In this document: one piece after another, positions 53,687 to 64,000 of the stretch | Layout: every line of letters starts with the position of its first letter | Numbering within the stretch: the first letter of the stretch is position 1 | From: Amoeboaphelidium protococcarum X5 | Lineage: Eukaryota > Fungi > Aphelidiomycota | Direction: 5' to 3' | NCBI GenBank assembly: GCA_023515725.1 | Contig: JALDTO010000200.1 | Location: forward strand, 248,001-312,000 | DNA: 64,000 nucleotides | Notes under the pieces: generated by a model | Told to the model about the DNA's origin: nothing | The model's database searches: none | Seen by the model: only the letters and a program-made list of their open reading frames with translations | Made by a program: the position numbers and the translations under genes

Positions 53687-55987
53687 ATGTCAACGCAAGT
53701 ATATGAAGGGAAATCTGTGCAGTGGGTGAAGAGCACTTTGTAGCAGTTGAAAGACAAGAAGGCTAATCTTGGTTATGACTTATAATCCGAGATATCTAGC
53801 CATCACTCTGAAGTTGTTCAGTTTGTTAGTCTTGTTAATTAGTGCGTTGGAGATCTGACAGGTATCAAATCGAGTTTAAATGTTGATTTTGGTGTATTGA
53901 AACTGGATCGAAGTCAGAGGCTGACAGTAGGAGAAGTCTCAGCATCTAACGGCAATCCGTCCAGTGATGATCAACATCAGTCTTAGCTAATGGCCTCTAA
54001 GCGTAGAGAACACAAAGAATGTTTTAGTCCTGAAGTGGAGTGGCTTGTTAAGGAGATGATTGATGAGTTGGATGTTCTGATTGCTCACCGGGAATTCAAG
54101 GATGCTGTTGACTGTCTAAAGCGCGGTGAGACTGTGTATTAGAATGTTGGATCCTAGTTTATTGAAGATTTTTATGGTGAAGATATGGTTCGAGATGTAC
54201 AGCTGGTATTGTAGAGTAGAAAAGATTTTATTGGTAAGCTGTTATTGAAGCAGATGAATATTGATGCTCTTGTCAGATTAGGGCCTGGATATGCGCATCG
54301 AGCTCAAGTATTATACCTGTAGAGTTAGTAGGAATCTCTGCACACTAAGCTCCGTATGATATCATTTGAGAATGACATTGAAGCGTATGTTCACGATTAG
54401 TGTTATGTGTTTTTTACTCTGCTCAGTAGAGTGGTTGGAGAATCTATGCGCCTGTTTGTTAGTCAATAGTCTACTCTTACTATATTTGTATGGATTCAGG
54501 ATGAGGTTTAATGGTTTTTGAACAGATTCAGATCTTTGGTGTTTAATTAAAAGTAGCGGTAGTAGCGTGATGGAGAATTTAATGATTTTCGAATGGTATT
54601 GAATTGTCTCACATACATTGATGAAGGTGTTTAGATTATGAAAGATGGTGGTTTTGATATTGGCGCTATATTTCTTCGCTAGACTGATGTTTATGGCTTG
54701 AAGCAAGATGTTTAACAACTTTTAGAGGTATATTCTGGAGCTAAATAAGCATAATTGTCTGCCAAGTTGGCTGAGGATGACTTTAATTTGTTGGTTGGAG
54801 TATCCGAGATGAATGTTGAGATAATAGACACTTCTGAGTAAGGAGGTAATTCTTAACACGAGAAAATTAAGTTGGTAGGTGCTGCAGTTATTGTGTCTGC
54901 CTAAAGCTTTATGAGGACTCTTTTTGAGGCTATATTTATTGATTTGTGCCCATTTATAAGTGATGAGTAGTCTGGAATAATCTTTGGTGGAATGTATTTT
55001 AAGGAGGTTATCGATCAGTTGCAGTAGATGATAGATCACTATTCTAGATAGTTGATGGATTCTCTTAAGGACCGGTTTATCACTTTTAAGTAACGAATTA
55101 ATATGCTTATTAGTATGTAGTATTTGTATAGATATTTGTTTCCGCTACTGCATAAAGTACTGTCCGAGTAGTGCAGTGTTTTATCGACTGAAGTCAACCG
55201 CGTTCTTGGTGTAAAAACGTCTCCATTATTATAATAGGAATCTTATATATCTCTTGGATTTAATCGAGAAATTTATAGATTTGTAAAAACTCAGGATAAA
55301 CTGCTGGCAATGTGTGAGATTGCCACAGATTTGACTTGCAGTCTGTATGAACGTGAATTAGTGAAATCAACATGGTGTTTTGGTATCGGCTGTCTCGGTG
55401 GTCTCGGTGACAGTGTTAATCCATCTGCTATTTGTATGAGCTACGCTGGTGACGCGTATCCTGTAATAGAGTAACTGATTCCCAATGATTAAATGATAAG
55501 ATTGGTGAAAACATTGCAGGCAGCTGATGATGAGATTGAGAGTATAATTGGTTAGTTTAATGTCGCCAAATCTGCCTTTGATACGGTATGTTTTATCGAT
55601 AAAAAGTTTCTAATGACTGCAATATTGACAATTTTGGTTAATGATCTCGGTGACGATAGGAATTGGGTAAAAGAAAATGGTCAGAGTAGAGACATTGGAT
55701 ACACAGGTCTGCATCAACTGCTTTTGGATATCCATTTCTTTACCAAACTCTGTGACAACTACCTCACTGAAGGAATGATTAAACAATGTACTGATGTCTG
55801 TTCGCGAGCTGTAAAGATTTACCTGAAGAACTGTAGCGATACCGAGCGTAAGAGAGTTCTCAAAGCCAGCGACTGGTATGACAAGCGCTTTGCTGAAGTT
55901 GTGGGCAAGGAGAAGCTTCGTAAACTAGGTTCCGTCGCGGCTAAATCTGCTAATGTGGATGGCAAAGCAGCGAAAGATCGAAAGTGA
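53687..55987 (+). CDS. EXO84: Exocyst subunit Exo84-like (no evident PH domain)
   Basis: WLVKEMIDELDVLIAHREFKDAV, LVRLG and C-terminal GLHQLLLDIHF; 766 aa open frame. Confidence 0.75.
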
Positions 55988-56037
55988 CTAGGCTGATACA
56001 CAATAATATTTCGATTTTTTATAATTTACAGGTGTAT

Positions 56038-56733
56038 TCATTTTTATTGCTGACGCTTCTATGTATTACTATTATTCTTGTTCTTACTCTTCTTGGGCTT
56101 GAGGTTCAAGATTTAATTAAAATCTGTAATCAACTCTTCCTCATCAGAGGATAAAGGACTATCAAGGAGATTCTCATGCTGGCGCAATTCCACCTCACCA
56201 CGCCTGACGTTAATTGTGATACGTTTAGCAATATTGTCGCGTTCGACATCAGCGTGAGGATTATCGCGACTCTTCAAAATAGAGTGAGGCCGGGCACCAA
56301 AACTTGAAGCAGATTCTCCAGAATCAGATTAGTTGCCACCAAAAGAGTCTACCGCAGACGTAGATAGGAAAGATGAGGAATGTGACGAAGAGGTACTGTT
56401 GGAGGCATAAGACTCTTGCCGTTTATATCCATCGTCATTAACGCCGTCTCCATGGCCGCGACAGGACTTTTTGAGAGACTTCTTTGAGGGAAGGACGATG
56501 ACGTGATTCTTGGCGAGGTTGAATTGAACAATCTACACACACACACACACACACAAAATAAATACATCATATGATATAACAATATTATATAGCATAAAAC
56601 TTACAGGATGATGATGATGATGTTAATTATGATAATGACCATGATACTCATGGAAATGATGCGTGTGATGATGATGATGAGTATTATGCTGGTGATATGA
56701 TACAGGACTTTCAACAGAAGTAGAGCCAGTCAT
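56038..56733 (-). CDS. His-rich low-complexity protein with putative PP1-docking motifs
   Basis: Exon 1 is poly-His; GT-AG intron at ~56533-56604; exon 2 starts IVQFNLAKNHV and contains RPHSILK; ends at TGA. Confidence 0.65.
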
Positions 56734-56914
56734 GATTCAAAAGTTGTAGATAATTCCAAAAAGTGTTAGAGAGAGTAGAAGTAGTAGTAAGTATTCAGAT
56801 ATAGCAGGATTCCAGTTGATGACGATGTAGAGGATGTAGTCGGAGATTAATTCTACACAAACACAATACACACACACACACGGATTAGGTAGAGACGGAA
56901 GTTGGTCGAATCAC

Positions 56915-57081
56915 TGCGAATAAAACAATTTCGGTGGCGCATGTCTTGTGACTGGACGCTAAGCCGCGGCCGCTGATCACACGCACGCCTGATCCCCTGA
57001 GGGAAAGATGCGACGTTCACACGGCTTGGCTTGTTTCAGCATGGCGCGCGTCTAGGCGCCACCACTATTGTTTTATTCACA
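56915..57081. repeat. ~165-bp GC-rich element with ~23-26-bp imperfect terminal inverted repeats (MITE-like or structured RNA)
   Basis: GAATAAAACAATTTCGGTGGCGC (56918-56940) matches the reverse complement of GCGCCACCACTATTGTTTTATTC (57056-57078) at 20/23 positions. Confidence 0.7.
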
Positions 57082-57687
57082 ATCATTTAAAATCTTACCC
57101 TTTTTTAATTATCTATAATCACTAAGAGAAGATACAATTTCTTCAAATTTACTGTGGGAAGAGAATTGATTTATTTATCCGATGCTATTATTGTTGCCAG
57201 GAAGACGCGAGAGAAATCGATGCTATCAACAATTGGCAATGTTGAACATCGTGATTCGCGCTTCAATATGCCTAGATGCTGCGAATAGTAACACAGATCT
57301 GGTAGTACACAATATTGCTGATTGGAGCGCTGAGTAGTACGAGCCTCACGCATTATAAGAGTGACCGATTTGTGTAATCGAGAAATCGCTGAGATTGTTT
57401 CAAGTGTTAGCCATTCGTATAGCATCTAGGCGCGTACAGTACGATGCATCAGATGGTGTATGTGTTGTATTCTATTTCATATGCCAATTTCACTACAAAA
57501 ACGATTACAGCTATATTTATGAGTTATTTCTTTCCAAATTATACCACGCATACTTGAATGCGGCTTGTGCCAAAGCTATCGAACTGATGCATCGTAGCAA
57601 CAGAAATGCGAATTGAAAATAGCCATATCGGATCTAACACAACAAAAACTAACTTCTCTTAGTAATAACTGATTATCAATACTTCAT

Positions 57688-60600
57688 ATGACCATGTAAA
57701 GTACAATAGACAAAATAAAATAGATATTACATCTATCGGTCAAGAAGGATTAACTTGACAGGTTTAGAACAGTTGTAGTCAATAAGGCAGACCCTTTAGT
57801 ATTGCCACAGGCATACCTGTCAAACTCAGTATCAACATCAAAGTACACAGTGTACAGCTTCGTGCTGAAATTTCTATATGAGCAATTCTCAAAGTATGCC
57901 AACCTGTTCTTTCTATTTACTGCATGTATTCAGGTTAGATTAAATCTACTCAATAACAACTTTTAACTAATGACTCGTCATTAATAATGTGTAGTAAATC
58001 GATGGAGTCTCGCCTACTTCCAGGTACACTACTATTGTACCGTTACTGTTTGTGCTGGTTGCCTCTGCGGCCAAAGAGATGGTGGAAGATTTTAAACGGC
58101 ACAAGAGTGATGAGGAAGTGAACAATCGTATGTGCCACAAACTGCAGAGTGGATCTTTTGTGCAGGTGCTATGGAAAGATCTACAGGTTGGTGATATTAT
58201 CAAGGTGACGAATGAGAACTACTTTCCCGCTGATTTGGTGCTCCTCAGCTCAAGTGAACCAGAGGGATTGTGTTACATTGAGACCAGCAGTTTGGACGGT
58301 GAGACTAATCTGAAAATCAAGCAGAGTCGATAGGAGACTTGTCACATTTTGACTGCAGAACTTGCACAGGGATTTTAAGCTGAATTGAGTACAGAATTAC
58401 CCAACAGTAGTCTGTACACTTTTGATGGTACAATGATCATGTCTAATGGTGGCCAATAGAAGATACCTCTGGACCCATCCCAGATATTGTTACGTGGTGC
58501 AATGCTACGGAACACGGCTTGGGTCTATGGCGTTGTAGTCTTCACCGGGCATGATTGCAAATTGATGTAGAATTCCACCGCGGCACCTATTAAACAGAGT
58601 AGAGTGGAGAAGATGACTAATCGTCAGATTGTGATGCTGTTTATCATACTGCTCCTGATGTCTGTTTGTAGTGCTGCTGGATAGCTAGCCTACCTATAAG
58701 CTGATCAGTTTAGCTACCTATACCCAGACGGTCTTAGTAATCGTCAAGTTGCTGCCAATTTCTTTTTGAATATCCTGACTTTTATTATCCTATACAATAA
58801 TTTGATTCCGATCAGTTTAATAGTTACTATGGAGGTGGTAAAATTGGTATAATCGCGTTTAATTGGCAATGATTTAGATATTTATAATCCCAAGAACGAT
58901 ACACCAACTGTTGTGCGTACGAGCTCTCTGGTTGAAGAACTGGGCTAGGTTGACTACATTTTTAGCGATAAGACTGGAACACTGACTTGTAATGAGATGG
59001 AATTTTTGAATTGTACTGTGGCAGGTACCCGGTATGATTTGCAGAAAGGTGTCAATAAGACATTTGCCGACCTGTCATAAGTGGCGTTAAGTAATGAAGG
59101 ATCCGCAGGGTAGGCGTGTGACATGTTTCTCACCATACTCTCTGTGTGTCATACTGTGATTCCAGAGATGGTGAAGCCGAAAGATGGGTCCTCCGACTAG
59201 CCCAAGATCAAGTATCAGTCTTCCTCTCCTGATGAGGCTGCTCTTGTTGATGGTGCGGCTGGAATGAGCTATGTGTTCAAACAAAGACGTCCAAGTTCAC
59301 TTGTTATTGAGAAGGGTGGAAAGGAGGTGGAGTATCAGGTGTTGAATATTTGTGAATTCAATTCCACGCGTAAAAGAATGTCTGCTGTTGTCAGATTTCC
59401 AGACGGTAGGATTGTATTACTGATCAAAGGCGCAGATACAGTCATTTTTGAGCGTTTATCTAAAGCTGGCGAGAATGTGAATCTTTATTTTGAAAGTGTC
59501 AATAAAGAGTTGGAAGTTTTTGCCTTGGAAGGATTAAGGACACTGTGCTTTGCGTATCGCGAAATTCCTGAGCAGGAGTACGATAGTTGGGTCAAGGTGT
59601 TCAATGATGCGGCTACTTGCCTGACTGATAGATCTCAAAAGCTAGATGAAGCTGCTGAGCTTATTGAGAAGGACTTGATTTTGGTTGGTGCGTCGGCGAT
59701 AGAGGATAAACTGTAATAAGGTGTACCCGATACAATTCATACTCTGGCTGATGCAGGCATTAAAATCTGGGTTCTTACTGGAGACAGACAAGAGACGGCC
59801 ATTAACATTGGGTATAGTTGCAAATTATTAACTCAGGCGATGTCATTAGTCATTATTGAAGGCGAGGATGAGAAAGAAGTTAACCTGTCCATCTGCAAGA
59901 AGTTGGATATCATCAAGGATTGTATGAAAAAATATAAATTTCCTTTGCCTGAAGGAAGGTATGATCCGGCACTGAGTAAGCAGTCAAAGGGATCTAACAA
60001 GTTTCGGGATTACGCTCGAGATCTACTTTACTCTCTTAATGGTGCCAAGAAGACTGCATACAGTAAAGCAGTGGATAGCTAAAGTAATTTCGTGATGGTT
60101 GATTTAGGCACTGGTGGCAATGATGATTTACAATTGGTACATGATGAGTAGAATGCTCCGATTCTTGCGCTGGTGATTGATGGTAAAACTCTTAAACACG
60201 CTTTGTAGCCTAATATTGCGCTGCTGTTCTTGTAACTTGCCACTCTGTGCAAGTCTGTCATATGTTGTCGCGTCAGTCCTCTTCAGAAAGCCTTGGTCGT
60301 AAAGCTGGTTAAAGATAATATGGACGCAGTGACTTTAGCTATTGGAGATGGTGCGAATGACGTTAGTATGATTCAAAGTGCCCACATCGGAGTAGGTATC
60401 AGTGGAAATGAAGGATTACAAGCTGCTAGATCATCTGATATAGCCATCAGTTAATTCAAGTATTTGCAGAAACTAGTCCTGGTACATGGAGCTTGGAGTT
60501 ATGCACGTCTGAGTAAGTTGATCTTATTCTCGTTCTACAAGAACATCACTCTGTACATGACACAGTTATGGTTTGCCTTCTACAATGGATTTTCTGGTTA

Positions 60601-61405
60601 GACCATTTATGAATCTTGGACCATATCTCTGTACAATGTGATATTTACTGTGCTGCCACCTCTGTTCATTGGTGTGTTTGATCAGTATCTATCGGCTAGA
60701 GTACTTGGAGAGTACCCGCAGTTGTATAAAAGTTATCAAAAAAAGGAGTTTTTCAATCTGCATGTGTTTTGGGGATGGGTTATGAATGCAATATACCACT
60801 CCCTACTTTTATACTTTATAACATACATTGGTATAACGGGAGGTGGATTCGCGTTAGGTGATGGTCCTTACTAAGGCACAATGTCCGGTATGTGGTTGGA
60901 CGGAACACTGTTGTACAGTTGTGTGTTAATGACTGTTCTGCTTAAAGCTGCATACACTTTGGCCACATGGAACAAGTATACCACACTGGCTATTGTCGGA
61001 TCTTTTGTGTCATGGATCGTGTTCCTACCAATTTATTCCATCGCTGCACCAGCCAATAATCTGTCGATGGAGTTGAATGGAATCACGCCGCCGCTATATG
61101 GAAGTGGCGTATTCTGGTTCAGTCTGATTCTAGTACCAGGTATCTGTATATTGAGGGACGTAATCTGGAAGTATGCCAAGAGAATGGCCCTATTCAAAGA
61201 TTACCATATCGTGCAGGAGATTCAAAGATACGGCACGGTGGATCACAGTCCACAGTCGAACAATTTCAAGCGCGCGGTGAAACGACTGTAGAAGATTCAA
61301 AAGTTTCACAATCGCGGCTATGCCTTCAGCTAGAATGAGAGTGGAATGGCGGACATTGTGAAGAAGTATGACACGCTGACTCTAAGTAGGCCATCTGGAA
61401 ATTGA
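57688..61405 (+). CDS. DRS2: P4-ATPase phospholipid flippase
   Basis: [33 protein letters not shown] and C-terminal RGYAFSQ autoinhibitory motif; one intron at ~57934-57994. Confidence 0.95.
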
Positions 61406-61788
61406 ACCCGTGTCTGTAATAATAAAAATTAGAAATTTAGAATTATGATGTATGATGTATGTTTCAAAACGGTTGGCGATAATTATCATCACTGTTTTAA
61501 TCACTTCAAGGCGATGTGAATCGTTTAAGCGAGTGAGAGTGCGAGTCAAAAGTCAACTCACTAAAGAGAGAGAGAGAGAGAGAAACTAAAGTTGTTTTGG
61601 CTCTTTGGCCGTTTCGACGATCCAAACAATTGACGATTGTTCTTTCTATTTCTCAATCAATCATCACTACGGTAGTAAAATTTTAATTACTACTGCTATA
61701 ACAACTTTATCATCTTATTATTATTGTTGTTTAATTATAAAGTCTTTTTATTACTTTGATAATTGATACACAGAGATAATCGGTAAAG

Positions 61789-63705
61789 ATGAATTAGATT
61801 GCTAGAAGTACAATGAGGTAGGCCAAAAACTTCACCAAGGGCTATTCTGATGTCCAGGTAAAAGTTAGAGAGGCTACCAGTAACGATCCATGGGGTCCTA
61901 GTGGCACTTAGATGGGCGAAATTGCTGATTGCACATATCGCACCCAAGACTTTATGGAAATTATGGATATCCTGGATAAGCGTCTGAATGATTCTGGCAA
62001 GAACTGGCGACATGTGTTCAAAGCTCTTACTCTGCTTGACTACTTGTTACACTGTGGAAGTGAGCAGGTTATTGCTTATGCCAAGTAGAATTTGTATGTG
62101 ATAAAGACGTTGAAAGAATTTCAGTTTGTCGATGATGAAGGCAAAGATCAAGGAGCCAATGTCAGAGAGAAGAGCAAGTAGATTGCCTCCCTTCTGGCCG
62201 ATGATGACCGCTTGCGTGATGAGAGAAAGAGCAGGGCAGCGCTGAGACAGAAACTGGGCCAGCCCGGAATTGGTAATGGCGGATCTGTATCTGGAACATA
62301 TAACAGCAGTTCTAGATTTGATGGTGGTCGCCATGAAAGAACTGCTTCTTATGAACCCCGCTCCGAGTATGAAGAAGAGAGGTAGGTGGAGAAGGCTCTG
62401 GAGGAGAGCAGACGTCTCGAAGATGAACGGCGTTAGAAGGAGAAGGAGCGTGAAGAGGCTGAGCTCAGGAAGGCTTTGGAATTGTCCAAATCTGAGGCTG
62501 CTGGTGGTGGTAGAAGTAATGTCGTAGTTGGTTCTTCCTCTTAGCAGTAACTTTCGACTCAATAGTAGTAGTAACAATAGCGCTAACAGCAAGTATAGCC
62601 TCAATCATCATAATAGCAAGGTATGATTGATTTGTGGGGTGATGCTAATGTTGACCAGAATAAGAATGATTTGGATTTCTTTGGCTCTATGGCTTAGACT
62701 CAGCCTGTGTAACAAAGCCAGCCAGATCCATTCGGATTCAGCCCTGGGAAGATGCCTATGAATTAGTCAGGTCCTATTGGAGGATAATAGTCTTAGTATG
62801 ATAGGTATGGGAATCAGGCTCAGCATTATCCTCAAGGTGGAAACGGAAGTGTTTATGGATAACCATTATAACAATCCTAAGCTCTGGCACCTTAGTAGTA
62901 GTAATAACAATAGTTATAACAATAGAAAGTTGGAGGTGCAACAGACTTTTTTGACTCCGCATTTGATGGCGGTGCTGGATAGAAGAATCTTGTGCCAAAG
63001 TATGTGCAGGGCTAGTAGAATATGAACCCGAATGCTGCACTTGCGCACATTGCTCGAAATGCCACTTAGATTGATCCTTTTGCTAATCTGGCTGCCAACT
63101 CTTCTTCTGGTGCTGCAAAGAGTGGTAGCGCTAGTAATTTTAAGAATAGTTCGAATGATTTGAGTCTATTTGGTGCTGGCGGAAATACTGGTGGAAATGC
63201 TCCTCTTTCTCAGCAAAATCAATAGACTATTCAATTGTATGGTGGTGGAAATGGTATGAATAATCAGATGTAACCTTACTCTGGTGGTAATAACAATAAC
63301 TTTTAGCAGCCTTAGTAGCAACAGTAGTAGTAGAACTCTAACCGCCCGCCAATGTTTAATGGTAGTGGATATTCTTGTGGGAGTATGATGATGATGCAAT
63401 AGTAGCCATAGTAGCCATAGTAAATGTACTAACAGCCACAAAGCTAGTACACTTATGGTGCACCTGCGCCTGGGTATCAACAGCCTAATTCGTTTGGATT
63501 TATGCCTCAACAGCAACCATATGGTGGATCTGGTTTTGGAGCAGGAAATGGAGGTGGATTCGGCGGACAATAGTTTGGATAACAGCAGCAACCGCCTGTG
63601 CAAGGTCAAGGATTTACCGCACAGTAAACTTCCAACTAATAGTAGCAGTAGTAGAAGAATAACACGAACGACCCGTTTGCTAATCTGGTGTCTTTTGGTA
63701 AATGA
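61789..63705 (+). CDS. ENT1: Epsin (ENTH domain, UIM-like helices, DPF motifs, Gln-rich tail)
   Basis: KVREATSNDPWGP, DKRLNDSGKNWRHVFKAL, LRKALELSK and DPF repeats. Confidence 0.93.
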
Positions 63706-64000
63706 GAGAAAATATGTTGTATGTGAGTATGTGTGTGAAGATTTATAAATTTTGTTGTTGTGTTGAATTTTAAATATTATTTTGATTTGCAATACGGCTT
63801 GGCAAATGATAGTTGGACCGCAATAGTGCACATTACATCTAGGCTGTGACCAAGTCAGGCGAGCGAATCTGGTGAACCAGATTGGACGCGGCAAATGGTG
63901 CTACTCAAGCTTCCCGCTAAGCCAATGAACACAAGACTTAATGTGCCTGCTTTAGCTTCATTATTGCTGTTTGGGATTTGTAACTCTATTTACCCAAAAT

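Noticed and set aside
56975-57012. TPP riboswitch (CCTGATC / CTGAG fragments)
   Set aside because: Motif order and the conserved GGNTAAT..GCG..GGGA context are not present.
57171-57616. Short ORFs upstream of DRS2 (similarly at 50120-51400 and 27700-28500)
   Set aside because: No recognisable motifs and early TGA stops in the frames I checked; treated as intergenic or UTR.
62047-63894. Long Leu-rich minus-strand ORFs in the supplied track (62047-62604, 63166-63894)
   Set aside because: Antisense shadows of the Gln-rich epsin gene; TAG/TAA/CAG runs read as Leu on the opposite strand.

Overview
Gene-dense eukaryotic (Holomycota-like) genomic DNA in a non-standard code: TAA and TAG read as Gln and TGA is the only stop. 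This is why the supplied standard-code ORF track is fragmented. The code, short GT-AG introns and fungal-type genes (CHS7, PMT2, CYR1-type LRR-PP2C) fit an aphelid such as Amoeboaphelidium protococcarum (inference). Re-translation by hand gives about 35 mostly housekeeping genes, including RasGAP, PPAT, NAA10, NOT1, PMT2, eIF4G, PIF1, EXO84, DRS2 and epsin. Two mobile-element loci stand out. (1) A Fanzor1 locus (eukaryotic TnpB-derived RNA-guided RuvC nuclease) at ~51.4-53.6 kb has all three RuvC acidic motifs, three apparent frameshifts and a highly base-paired ~130-nt downstream segment that is a candidate omegaRNA scaffold. (2) An intact tyrosine-recombinase (Crypton-like) element at 31.4-34.1 kb is bounded by 15-bp direct repeats. 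It sits where an adenylate-cyclase-type gene stops before its cyclase domain and an orphan half RING finger begins. All coordinates were derived by hand; start codons and splice sites may be off by a few bases.
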